Below are positions 15,837 to 25,308 of a stretch of DNA of 39,628 nucleotides, piece by piece. Below the pieces are notes generated by a model. It worked only from the letters and a program-made list of their open reading frames with translations, did no database searches and was not told the origin of the DNA. The number at the start of each line of letters is the position of its first letter. Positions within the stretch are counted from its first letter, which is position 1. This DNA comes from a virus (lineage: Duplodnaviria > Heunggongvirae > Uroviricota > Caudoviricetes): IMG/VR virus record IMGVR_UViG_2554235126_000004; one strand, given 5' to 3'. The translations under genes and the position numbers were made by a program.

Positions 15837-17566
15837 GCCGGAAATCTTACCCCAACGTAAATGCTGCAAATCAGTATGCCCGGGATGTCGTGCGCGGAAA
15901 GATTGTTGCCTGCCAGTTTGTGATTCAGGCCTGCCAGCGCCATCTTGATGACCTGATGGCGGAAAAAAGTAAGTCGTTTCGTTACCGCTTCGACAAGGAC
16001 CTGGCTGAACGGGCCGCCAAATTTATTCAGCTGTTGCCGCACACCAAGGGTGAGTGGGCATTTAAACGGATGCCCATCACGCTGGAGCCGTGGCAGCTAT
16101 TTGTGATCTGCTGTGCGTTTGGCTGGGTCAATAAAGGCACCCGGTTGCGCCGCTTCCGGGAGGTGTATACCGAAATTCCCCGTAAGAACGGCAAATCGGC
16201 AATCTCTGCCGGTGTTGCCCTGTATTGTTTTGCCTGTGATAACGAGTTCGGCGCGGAAGTGTATTCCGGTGCCACGACGGAGAAACAGGCATGGGAAGTC
16301 TTTCGTCCGGCACGACTGATGTGTAAACGCACACCCATGCTGACGGAAGCGTTCGGGATTGAGGTTAACGCCTCAAACATGAACCGTCCGGAGGATGGTG
16401 CGCGGTTTGAACCGTTGATCGGTAACCCCGGTGATGGTTCATCACCCCACTGTGCCGTGGTGGATGAATATCACGAGCACGCCACAGATGCGCTTTACAC
16501 CACGATGCTTACCGGGATGGGGGCGCGACGCCAGCCACTGATGTGGGCCATTACCACCGCCGGGTACAACATTGAGGGGCCGTGCTACGACAAACGGCGG
16601 GAAGTCATCGAGATGCTCAACGGCTCGGTGCCCAACGATGAACTGTTCGGGATCATCTATACCGTTGACGAAGGCGACGACTGGACCGACCCGCAGGTAC
16701 TTGAAAAAGCTAACCCGAATATCGGTGTGTCGGTTTATCGCGATTTTTTGTTAAGCCAGCAGCAACGTGCGAAAAATAACGCCCGTCTGGCAAACGTCTT
16801 TAAAACAAAACACCTCAATATCTGGGTGTCGGCGCGTTCGGCGTATTTCAACCTGGTGAGCTGGCAGAGCTGCGAGGATAAATCACTGACTCTTGAGCAG
16901 TTCGAGGGGCAGCCGTGCATTCTGGCCTTTGACCTGGCGCGTAAGCTGGATATGAACAGCATGGCGCGACTTTATACCCGCGAGATTGACGGTAAAACGC
17001 ATTACTACAGTGTGGCCCCGCGTTTCTGGGTACCGTATGACACGGTGTATAGCGTCGAGAAAAATGAAGATCGCCGGACAGCCGAACGCTTTCAGAAATG
17101 GGTGGAAATGGGCGTCCTGACCGTTACCGATGGTGCAGAGGTGGATTATCGCTACATCCTCGAAGAGGCCAAAGCGGCGAACAAAATCAGCCCGGTCAGC
17201 GAGTCACCCATCGACCCCTTCGGGGCGACCGGGTTGTCACATGACCTTGCTGATGAAGACCTGAACCCCGTCACCATCATTCAGAACTACACCAACATGT
17301 CCGACCCGATGAAAGAGCTGGAAGCGGCAATTGAATCGGGGCGCTTTCATCATGATGGCAATCCCATCATGACCTGGTGTATCGGCAACGTGGTCGGCAA
17401 AACCATTCCGGGTAACGATGATGTGGTGAAGCCCGTCAAAGAGCAGGCGGAAAACAAAATCGATGGTGCAGTTGCGCTGATTATGGCGGTTGGCAGAGCC
17501 ATGCTGTACGAGAAAGAAGACACGCTGTCTGACCACATTGAGTCCTATGGGATCCGCTCGCTTTAA
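15833..17566 (+). CDS. terminase large subunit
   Basis: 577 aa with ATPase and nuclease-domain patterns of HK97-family TerL. Confidence 0.95.
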
Positions 17567-17577
17567 CTGAGGTAATT

Positions 17578-17760
17578 ATGATCATGCTGATTCTCGCGCC
17601 TCTGGTGGGCGTGCTGGGGGCGCTTTTGCTGGCTTATGGTGCCTGGCTGATTTATCCCCCGGCGGGGTTTGTTGTTGCCGGGGCGTTGTGCCTGTTCTGG
17701 TCGTGGCTGGTGGCGCGATATCTCGACCGTACACAGTCGTCTGTCGGCGGAGGTAAATAG
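17578..17760 (+). CDS. small membrane protein
   Basis: 60 aa, two hydrophobic helices, GAGG RBS; between terL and portal. Confidence 0.45.
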
Positions 17761-19001
17761 TGTTCTTTTCGGGATTATTTCAACGAAAAAGTGACGCACC
17801 GGTGACCACGCCAGCAGAGCTGGCGGATGCTATCGGGTTGTCCTACGACACCTATACCGGAAAGCAGATCAGCAGCCAGAGGGCCATGCGACTGACGGCG
17901 GTTTTTTCCTGTGTCAGGGTGCTGGCGGAGTCGGTCGGGATGTTGCCCTGCAACCTGTATCACCTGAACGGCAGCCTGAAGCAGAGAGCCACCGGCGAAC
18001 GTCTGCATAAGCTGATCTCCACGCATCCCAATGGCTATATGACGCCGCAGGAGTTCTGGGAGCTGGTGGTCACCTGTCTGTGCCTGCGGGGAAACTTTTA
18101 CGCCTACAAAGTGAAAGCATTTGGCGAAGTGGCTGAACTGCTGCCCGTCGATCCCGGCTGTGTGGTACCGAAGCTTAACAGTAGCTGGGAGCCGGTCTAT
18201 CAGGTCACATTCCCGGATGGCTCCACGGATGTACTGAGCCAGGAGGATATCTGGCATGTGCGCACGCTGACGCTGGACGGACTGGTGGGGCTGAATCCCA
18301 TCGCCTATGCCCGCGAGGCAATATCGCTGGCGGCAGCGACCGAAGAGCACGGGGCCAGACTGTTCAGCAATGGCGCGGTGACGTCGGGTGTGTTGCGTAC
18401 AGAGCAGACGTTGTCAGATCAGGCTTATGAGCGCCTGAAGAAAGATTTTGAGGAGCGTCACACCGGGCTTGGCAATGCTCACCGCCCGATGATCCTTGAG
18501 ATGGGGCTGGACTGGAAGTCGATGGCGCTGAACGCCGAGGACAGCCAGTTCCTGGAAACCCGCAAGTTTCAGCTTGAAGAAATCTGTCGTCTGTTCCGGG
18601 TGCCGTTGCACATGGTGCAGAACACCGATCGCGCCACCTTCAACAATATCGAAGAGCTGGGGCTGGGATTTATCAACTATTCACTGGTGCCGTATCTGAC
18701 CCGCATCGAACAGCGGATCAACACCGGACTGGTACGAAAAAGTAAGCAGGGCGTTTATTACGCCAAATTTAACGCCGGGGCGTTACTGCGCGGGGATATG
18801 AAGTCCCGTTTTGAAGCCTACGCCACCGGGATCAACTGGGGAATTTACTCTCCCAATGACTGCCGCGACCTGGAAGATATGAATCCGCGTCCCGGTGGTG
18901 ATGTCTATCTCACACCGATGAACATGACCACGAAACCCTCCGATGGCAGTAAAGCCGGTAAGCAGAAGGATAACGCCAATGCAGACGAAACAACGTCTTG
19001 A
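17760..19001 (+). CDS. portal protein (HK97 family)
   Basis: 413 aa, typical position and portal-family sequence pattern. Confidence 0.9.
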   Translation: MFFSGLFQRKSDAPVTTPAELADAIGLSYDTYTGKQISSQRAMRLTAVFSCVRVLAESVGMLPCNLYHLNGSLKQRATGERLHKLISTHPNGYMTPQEFWELVVTCLCLRGNFYAYKVKAFGEVAELLPVDPGCVVPKLNSSWEPVYQVTFPDGSTDVLSQEDIWHVRTLTLDGLVGLNPIAYAREAISLAAATEEHGARLFSNGAVTSGVLRTEQTLSDQAYERLKKDFEERHTGLGNAHRPMILEMGLDWKSMALNAEDSQFLETRKFQLEEICRLFRVPLHMVQNTDRATFNNIEELGLGFINYSLVPYLTRIEQRINTGLVRKSKQGVYYAKFNAGALLRGDMKSRFEAYATGINWGIYSPNDCRDLEDMNPRPGGDVYLTPMNMTTKPSDGSKAGKQKDNANADETTS

Positions 19002-19629
19002 TGTACCGCTGAGTCTGAAATCTGTCAGTGACTCCGGGGAGTTTGAAGGGTATGGCTCCGTCTTTGGTGTAAAGGACAGCCACGATGATGTGGTGATGTC
19101 CGGGGCATTTGCTGCTTCCCTGCGGGCGTGGAGTGACAGAAAAGCGTTACCTGCGCTGCTCTGGCAGCACCGCATGGATGAGCCCATCGGTGTTTACACC
19201 GAAATGAAGGAAGACGATGTCGGGCTTTACGTCAGGGGGCGGTTGCTCATTGATGATGATCCCCTGGCAAAACGCGCACATGCACACATGAAGGCCGGTT
19301 CGTTAACCGGCCTTTCTATTGGGTACGTCCTGAAGGACTGGGAATACGACCGGACGAAAGAAGCCTTTCTGCTGAAAGAAATCGACCTCTGGGAAGTCAG
19401 TCTGGTGACGTTCCCGTCTAACGACGAGGCACGGATCAGCGACGTCAAGAACGCGCTGGCCCGCGGGGAAATCCCCGAACAGAAAAAAATCGAAAGAGTC
19501 CTGCGTGATGTCGGACTCTCCCGTACCCAGGCCAAAGCATTCATGGCCGGGGGCTATAGCGCACTGTCCCTGCGCGACGCTGAGGATGTGAGCTCTGCAC
19601 TGAATGCACTGAAAAATCTGAACTTCTAA
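18979..19629 (+). CDS. prohead maturation protease (HK97 / S78 family)
   Basis: Start placed at ATG 18979 with AAGGA RBS; sequence resembles HK97 prohead protease. Confidence 0.85.
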   Translation: MQTKQRLDVPLSLKSVSDSGEFEGYGSVFGVKDSHDDVVMSGAFAASLRAWSDRKALPALLWQHRMDEPIGVYTEMKEDDVGLYVRGRLLIDDDPLAKRAHAHMKAGSLTGLSIGYVLKDWEYDRTKEAFLLKEIDLWEVSLVTFPSNDEARISDVKNALARGEIPEQKKIERVLRDVGLSRTQAKAFMAGGYSALSLRDAEDVSSALNALKNLNF

Positions 19630-19643
19630 TCAGGAGAAATACG

Positions 19644-20060
19644 ATGGCGGTAGATATTAAAGATGTCGAACAGGTCGCGCAGGAGCTGCAGCAGAAGTTT
19701 GACGACTTCAAAGCAAAGAACGACAAGCGCGTGGATGCGATTGAGCAGGAAAAAGGCAAACTTGCCGGGCAGGTGGAAACCCTGAACGGGAAACTCAGCG
19801 AGCTGGAAAACCTCAAAAGCGATCTTGAAAAAGAGCTGCTTGAGCTGAAACGTCCGGCAGGTGGTGCGCAAAATAAACTGGCCACCGAGCATAAAGAAGC
19901 GTTTGTGGGCTTCCTGCGTAAAGGCCGTGAAGATGGTCTGCGCGATCTGGAGCGTAAGGCATTGCAGGTGGGCACCGATGAAGACGGTGGCTATGCCGTG
20001 CCGGAAGCGCTGGATCGCAACATTCTCACCCTGCTGAAAGATGAAGTGGTGATGCGCTAG
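19644..20060 (+). CDS. major capsid protein, N-terminal scaffold (delta-like) domain; ends at in-frame TAG
   Basis: 138-aa coiled-coil-rich product; TAG at 20058-20060 is in the same frame as the downstream capsid ORF. Confidence 0.7.
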   Translation: MAVDIKDVEQVAQELQQKFDDFKAKNDKRVDAIEQEKGKLAGQVETLNGKLSELENLKSDLEKELLELKRPAGGAQNKLATEHKEAFVGFLRKGREDGLRDLERKALQVGTDEDGGYAVPEALDRNILTLLKDEVVMR

Positions 20061-20069
20061 GAAGCCACG

Positions 20070-20849
20070 GTGATCACCGTTGGCGGTTCCGACTACAAAA
20101 AACTGGTGAATCTGGGCGGCACGGCTTCCGGATGGGTGGGGGAAACGGATACGCGATCCCAGACTGCCACCTCCAAACTGGAGCTGATTGAACCTCTCAT
20201 GGGGGAAATCTACGGCAACCCGCAGGCCACCCAGAAAATGCTGGACGATGCCTTCTTCAACGTGGAGGCCTGGATCAACAGCGAGCTGGCAACCGAATTT
20301 GCCGAACAGGAAGAAATTGCCTTTACCTCAGGCGATGGCACCAAGAAGCCGAAAGGGTTCCTGGCGTATGAATCCACTGATGAAACCGATAAGGTCCGGG
20401 CGTTCGGCAAACTTCAGCATATTGTATCCGGCGAAGCGACTGCGGTGACCGCAGACGCCATTATCAAACTTATTTACACACTGCGTAAGGCACACCGCAC
20501 CGGTGCGAAGTTCATGATGAACAACAACAGCCTGTTTGCCATCCGTCTGCTGAAAGACAGCGAGGGTAACTATCTGTGGCGTCCGGGGCTGGAGCTGGGG
20601 CAGCCGTCCTCTCTGGCGGGTTACGGTATCGCTGAAAACGAACAGATGCCGGATATCGCCGCTGATGCGAAAGCCATTGCATTTGGTAACTTCAAACGGG
20701 GTTACACCATCGTTGACCGTATCGGCACCCGCATTCTGCGTGACCCGTACACCAATAAACCGTTTGTCGGTTTTTATACCACCAAACGCACCGGCGGCAT
20801 GCTGGTCGATTCGCAGGCCATCAAACTGCTGAAGATTGCAGTGGCGTAA
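20070..20849 (+). CDS. major capsid protein, HK97-fold body (GTG start; in frame with upstream ORF across TAG)
   Basis: 259 aa; same frame as 19644..20060 separated by TAG-GAA-GCC-ACG; AGGAAG lies 5 nt upstream of GTG 20070. Confidence 0.75.
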   Translation: MITVGGSDYKKLVNLGGTASGWVGETDTRSQTATSKLELIEPLMGEIYGNPQATQKMLDDAFFNVEAWINSELATEFAEQEEIAFTSGDGTKKPKGFLAYESTDETDKVRAFGKLQHIVSGEATAVTADAIIKLIYTLRKAHRTGAKFMMNNNSLFAIRLLKDSEGNYLWRPGLELGQPSSLAGYGIAENEQMPDIAADAKAIAFGNFKRGYTIVDRIGTRILRDPYTNKPFVGFYTTKRTGGMLVDSQAIKLLKIAVA

Positions 20850-20856
20850 TCACTCA

Positions 20857-20880
20857 GGGGCGCGGAACCGCGCCCCTGTT
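20857..20880 (+). terminator. GC-rich hairpin after capsid gene (possible attenuator/terminator)
   Basis: Stem GGGCGCG/CGCGCCC followed by TGTTCTG; weak T-run. Confidence 0.35.
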
Positions 20881-20897
20881 CTGACGGGTGAAGAATC

Positions 20898-21098
20898 ATG
20901 ATCCTGAAACAAGATCTGAAATGGTCACCGGACGGTATGCGTGTTGAGGTCATTCGGGCCGGTGAGTATGACGACGGGGCGCTTCCTGCCCAGGTGCAGG
21001 AGATTGCACTTCAGGCCGGGTTAGCAGAGCGCGGAACCAGTGCAAAAAGCAGTAAAGCGACAAAAGAGAAAAAAGCCACGACCAGTAAAGAGGGCTGA
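20898..21098 (+). CDS. hypothetical small head-region protein
   Basis: 66-aa ORF between capsid and connector genes; Lys/Ser-rich tail. Confidence 0.45.
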   Translation: MILKQDLKWSPDGMRVEVIRAGEYDDGALPAQVQEIALQAGLAERGTSAKSSKATKEKKATTSKEG

Positions 21099-21100
21099 GT

Positions 21101-21424
21101 ATGCTTCTGACAATGGAAGAGATTAAAGCCCAACTCCGGCTGGATGAGGATTTCGATGCTGATGACCGCCATCTGCAACTGCTGGCCTGTGCGGCGCAAA
21201 AGCGGACGGAAACGTATCTGAACCGGAAGCTCTATGCACCGGATGAAACCATTCCGGACAGCGATCCGGACGGGCTGCACCTGCCGGATGATATTCGTCT
21301 GGGGATGCTGATGCTTATCAGCCATTTTTACGAAAACCGCTCGTCGGTTACGGAAGTGGAGAAACTCGACATGCCGCAGAGTTTTGGCTGGCTTGTCGGC
21401 CCGTACAGGTACTTTCCGCAATGA
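21101..21424 (+). CDS. head-tail connector protein (gp6-like)
   Basis: 107 aa, conserved position and pattern. Confidence 0.7.
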   Translation: MLLTMEEIKAQLRLDEDFDADDRHLQLLACAAQKRTETYLNRKLYAPDETIPDSDPDGLHLPDDIRLGMLMLISHFYENRSSVTEVEKLDMPQSFGWLVGPYRYFPQ

Positions 21425-21831
21425 AAATTCGTCAGGCGCAGACCAGCGCAACCTACATTCTGCCGGACCCCGGTGAACTGAATAAACGCGTCCTGATCCG
21501 CCAGCGGGTGGATATGCCCGCGGATAACTTTGGCGTGGAGCCTCAATACCCGGTTACGTTCCGGACATGGGCGAAGGTTGTCCAGACCAGTGCCACCACC
21601 TGGCAGGAAACCGCGCAGACCGGAGATGCCATCACTCATTACATCACCATTCGTTACCGCCGGGGGATCACCGCTGATTATGAGGTGGTCTGCGGTGACA
21701 GTGTGTACCGGGTGAAACGTCAGCGCGATCTGAATGGGGCGCGGCGTTTTCTGCTGCTGGAGTGTACGGAGCTGGGCGAATGTAGGCAGAGTCACGGAGG
21801 CAACAATGGCGACTTCCTTTTTGCACGTTGA
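21421..21831 (+). CDS. head-tail adaptor / head closure protein
   Basis: 136 aa, overlapping start with upstream stop. Confidence 0.65.
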   Translation: MKIRQAQTSATYILPDPGELNKRVLIRQRVDMPADNFGVEPQYPVTFRTWAKVVQTSATTWQETAQTGDAITHYITIRYRRGITADYEVVCGDSVYRVKRQRDLNGARRFLLLECTELGECRQSHGGNNGDFLFAR

Positions 21832-22312
21832 TTTTCAGCAGCCCGCGGAGATGCGCTTTAACCGCGCCCGTGTCCGGCGGGCTTTTGTCACGATTGGTCA
21901 GCGTCATATGCGTGATGCCCGTCGGCTGGTGATGCGCCGTGCGCGGTCGGCACCGGGTGAAAACCCCGGTTATCAGACCGGACGCCTGGCTCGTTCGATT
22001 GGTTACATGGTACCCAGAGCCAGTAAACATCGCCCTGGTTTTATGGCACGTATAGCCCCTAACCAGCGTAATGGAGAGGGAAACCGCCGTATCACCGGTG
22101 ATTTTTATCCAGCTTTTTTGTTCTATGGCGTGAGGCGAGGGGCAAAGCGTCGTCGCAGCCATCATCGTGGTGCATCCGGTGGCAGCGGCTGGCGACTGGC
22201 TCCACGTAATAACTTCATGGTGGAAACGCTTGAAAAGAACCGCAGTTGGACACGCTATTTTCTGGCGCGGGAATTGCGTAAATCACTGAAGCCGGAGCGA
22301 CGACACAGATGA
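21806..22312 (+). CDS. HK97 gp10-family protein
   Basis: Start placed at ATG 21806 (MATSFLHVDF) with GGAGG RBS. Confidence 0.65.
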   Translation: MATSFLHVDFQQPAEMRFNRARVRRAFVTIGQRHMRDARRLVMRRARSAPGENPGYQTGRLARSIGYMVPRASKHRPGFMARIAPNQRNGEGNRRITGDFYPAFLFYGVRRGAKRRRSHHRGASGGSGWRLAPRNNFMVETLEKNRSWTRYFLARELRKSLKPERRHR

Positions 22313-22869
22313 AACTGACGCCTGTTATTGCTGCACTGCGTGCCCGCTGTCCGTATTTTGAAAACCGGGTTGCAGGCGCGGCCCAGTTCAAAAATCTGCC
22401 GGAGGTCGGAAAGCTGAAACTCCCGGCGGCATATGTTGTACCGGGTGATGATTCTCCGGGAGAAAACAAAAGCCAGACCGACTACTGGCAGGAGCTGAAA
22501 GAGGGTTTCTCCGTGGTTGTCATACTGAGTAACGGGCGTGATGAGCGCGGTCAGTTTGCCTCGTATGATGTGGTGGACGATGTCCGGCAGATGCTCTTTA
22601 AGGCTCTGCTGGGCTGGAACCCGGAGGCGTGCGGTAACCCGATTACCTATGACGGTGGCACGCTGCTGGATCTGAATCGTCATGAGCTGATTTATCAGTT
22701 CGATTTTTCGGTCATCAGCGAGCTGACTGAAGACGATACCCGCCAGCAGGATGATCTGAACAGTCTGGATGAACTGCAAACGCTGGCGATTGATGTTGAT
22801 TATCTCGAGCCCGGTAACGGGCCTGACGGCGATATCGAACATCACACCGAAATAACCCTTCCTTCCTGA
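22309..22869 (+). CDS. tail completion / structural protein (unknown family)
   Basis: 186-aa ORF in structural operon with start/stop overlap. Confidence 0.55.
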   Translation: MKLTPVIAALRARCPYFENRVAGAAQFKNLPEVGKLKLPAAYVVPGDDSPGENKSQTDYWQELKEGFSVVVILSNGRDERGQFASYDVVDDVRQMLFKALLGWNPEACGNPITYDGGTLLDLNRHELIYQFDFSVISELTEDDTRQQDDLNSLDELQTLAIDVDYLEPGNGPDGDIEHHTEITLPS

Positions 22870-22877
22870 GGATCCTC

Positions 22878-23048
22878 ATGTTTGTCAAACCTGTTAAAGG
22901 GCGGTCAGTTCCTGATCCTGCCCGCGGCGACCTTTTGCCCGCCGAAGGGCGAAATGTTGACGAGAACAACTACTGGCTGCGCCGTGAAGCAGCGGGTGAT
23001 ATCCGGCGCGTGAATAAAAAGGTGAATACCGATGACGATAAGCTTTAA
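22878..23048 (+). CDS. small protein (DUF2635-like) preceding tail sheath
   Basis: 56-aa ORF not in supplied track (below length cutoff); GAGGA RBS 7 nt upstream; overlaps sheath start. Confidence 0.45.
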   Translation: MFVKPVKGRSVPDPARGDLLPAEGRNVDENNYWLRREAAGDIRRVNKKVNTDDDKL

Positions 23049-24528
23049 CACCATTCCGTCGAATACGCTGGTTCCGTTGTTTTATGCGGAAATGGATAAC
23101 CAGGCGGCGAATACTGCACAGGACAGCGGAGCATCGCTGCTGATTGGTCATGCCAATAACGGTGCAGAGATTGTTGCCAACAGTCTGGTACTGATGCCGT
23201 CGGCAGACTATGCACGCCAGATTTGTGGTGCGGGAAGTCAGCTGGCGCGTATGGTCGAGGCTTATCGCCAGACTGACCCGTTTGGCGAGCTGTATGTGAT
23301 TGCCGTTCCTGAATCCACAGGCGCGGCGGCAACGGTTACGCTGACGGTGACCGGGGCGGCAACCGAAACCGGCACGGTGAATGTGTATGTGGGACGTACC
23401 CGCGTGCAGGCACCGGTGACTAACGGCGATAACGTCACGATGATTGCCAGCAGTATCCAGGATGCCATCAATGCCGTTCCGACCCTGCCGTTTACGGCTT
23501 CATCTTCGGCAGGCGTGGTCACACTGACCGCGCGTCATAAGGGGCTTTGCGGGAATGAAATTCCTGTCAGCCTCAATTACTACGGCTTTGGTGGGAGCGA
23601 AGTGCTGCCAGCGGGCGTACAGATTGCCGTGGCGACGGGTACCGCCGGAACGGGTGCTCCGGTTCTCACCGGCGCGGTGGCTGCAATGGCGGATGAGCCG
23701 TTTGATTATATCGGCCTGCCGTTCAACGACACGGCCTCCGTTAACACGCTGGTGACCGAGATGAACGATACCAGCGGTCGCTGGAGCTATGCGCGTCAGC
23801 TGTATGGTCATGTGTATACGGCAAAGATCGGCACGCTGTCAGAACTGGTGACCGCAGGTGACCAGTTTAACCAGCAGCACATTACCCTGGCGGGGTACGA
23901 AAAAGACACCCAGACGCCTGCCGACGAGCTGGCGGCAAGCCGTACCGCCCGCGCAGCGGTGTTTATCCGCAACGATCCGGCACGTCCCACGCAGACCGGT
24001 GAGCTGGTGGGTATGCTGCCTGCGCCGAAGGGGAAACGGTTCACGATGACCGAACAACAGACCCTGCTGTCTCATGGCGTGGCAACGGCGTATGTCGAAA
24101 GCGGGGTACTGCGCATTCAGCGTGATGTCACCACGTACAGGAAAAACGCTTACGGGGTTGCGGATAACAGCTACCTCGACAGCGAGACGCTGCATACCAG
24201 TGCGTATGTACTGCGCAAACTGAAATCCGTCATTACCAGTAAGTACGGGCGTCACAAGCTTGCCAGCGACGGTACCCGCTTTGGTCCCGGTCAGGCGATT
24301 GTCACCCCGGCGGTGATCAAAGGGGAACTGTTGGCAACCTACCGTCAGCTTGAGCGTGCGGGGATCGTGGAAAACTACGAACTGTTTAAGCAGTACCTGG
24401 TTGTGGAGCGTGATGCCAGCGATCCGAACCGCCTGAACACGCTGTTCCCGCCTGACTATGTTAACCAGCTGCGTGTCTTTGCCGTGGTTAATCAGTTCCG
24501 TCTTCAGTATTCAGAGGAGTCTGCATAA
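23032..24528 (+). CDS. contractile tail sheath protein (Mu gpL-like)
   Basis: 498 aa, Ala/Thr/Gly-rich sheath-like sequence, followed by tube gene. Confidence 0.85.
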   Translation: MTISFNTIPSNTLVPLFYAEMDNQAANTAQDSGASLLIGHANNGAEIVANSLVLMPSADYARQICGAGSQLARMVEAYRQTDPFGELYVIAVPESTGAAATVTLTVTGAATETGTVNVYVGRTRVQAPVTNGDNVTMIASSIQDAINAVPTLPFTASSSAGVVTLTARHKGLCGNEIPVSLNYYGFGGSEVLPAGVQIAVATGTAGTGAPVLTGAVAAMADEPFDYIGLPFNDTASVNTLVTEMNDTSGRWSYARQLYGHVYTAKIGTLSELVTAGDQFNQQHITLAGYEKDTQTPADELAASRTARAAVFIRNDPARPTQTGELVGMLPAPKGKRFTMTEQQTLLSHGVATAYVESGVLRIQRDVTTYRKNAYGVADNSYLDSETLHTSAYVLRKLKSVITSKYGRHKLASDGTRFGPGQAIVTPAVIKGELLATYRQLERAGIVENYELFKQYLVVERDASDPNRLNTLFPPDYVNQLRVFAVVNQFRLQYSEESA

Positions 24529-24884
24529 TGGCCCGTATCGGGGGAACCTGTTATTTCAAAATTGACGGTCAGCAGCTATCGCTGACCGGCGGCATTGAGG
24601 TGCCCATGAACAAAACGGTTAACGATGACATCATCGGCCTGGACGGTTCAGTGGACCGCAAGGAAACTCACCGTGCGCCTTATGTCAAAGGGACCTTCAA
24701 GGTGCCGAAGAATTTTCCGGTAAGCAAAATCACCTCGTCTGATGAGATGACCATCACTGCCGAGCTGGCGAACGGTCAGGTCTATGTACTGTCGTCTGCC
24801 TGGCTGCACGGCGAAGCGAACCATAATGCCGAAGAAGGCACGGTTGATCTTGAGTTCCACGGTGAAGAAGGGGATTACCAGTAA
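24528..24884 (+). CDS. tail tube protein (Mu gpM-like)
   Basis: 118 aa, position between sheath and chaperone genes. Confidence 0.8.
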   Translation: MARIGGTCYFKIDGQQLSLTGGIEVPMNKTVNDDIIGLDGSVDRKETHRAPYVKGTFKVPKNFPVSKITSSDEMTITAELANGQVYVLSSAWLHGEANHNAEEGTVDLEFHGEEGDYQ

Positions 24885-25153
24885 TGAAAGAGCTTGAGTT
24901 AAAGAAACCGATTACTGCTCATGGCGAGACACTCTCCGTACTGGAGTTTGATGAACCCACCGGGAAGGATGTCCGCGAGCTGGGGTATCCCTACCAGATG
25001 AATCAGGATGAGTCAGTCAGACTTCTGGCGCATGTGGTGTCGAAATACATTGTGCGGCTGGCGAAAGTGCCGCAAAGCTCTGTCGACCAGATGTCTCCGG
25101 CAGACCTGAATGCAGCGGCGTGGCTTGTGGCTGGTTTTTTCCTCCAGGCTTGA
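24884..25153 (+). CDS. tail assembly chaperone (short form)
   Basis: 89 aa; contains slippery heptamer T TTT TTC at 25135-25141 near its 3' end. Confidence 0.7.
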   Translation: MKELELKKPITAHGETLSVLEFDEPTGKDVRELGYPYQMNQDESVRLLAHVVSKYIVRLAKVPQSSVDQMSPADLNAAAWLVAGFFLQA

Positions 25154-25308
25154 CGGCTGAATACCTCACTGATCGCTTCTTTGACTGCGCCAGCTACTGG
25201 CGCATTAATCCTTTCGAATTGCTGAATATGCCGATCAGTGAAATTCCCTTGCTGGTCAGTCAGGCAAACAGGATAGAGCAGGAGAAACGCACACATGGCG
25301 GAATTTGA
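25120..25308 (+). CDS. tail assembly chaperone -1 frameshift extension (long form = 24884..25141 fused to 25141..25308)
   Basis: -1 frame ORF overlaps the slippery site and continues to just inside the tape measure gene. Confidence 0.55.
   Translation: MACGWFFPPGLTAEYLTDRFFDCASYWRINPFELLNMPISEIPLLVSQANRIEQEKRTHGGI

Noticed and set aside
21668-23151. Multiple minus-strand ORFs (e.g. 21668..22165, 22255..22845, 22894..23151) across the head-tail joining genes
   Set aside because: Antisense to a tightly overlapping plus-strand structural operon; Arg-rich products typical of GC-rich antisense frames.
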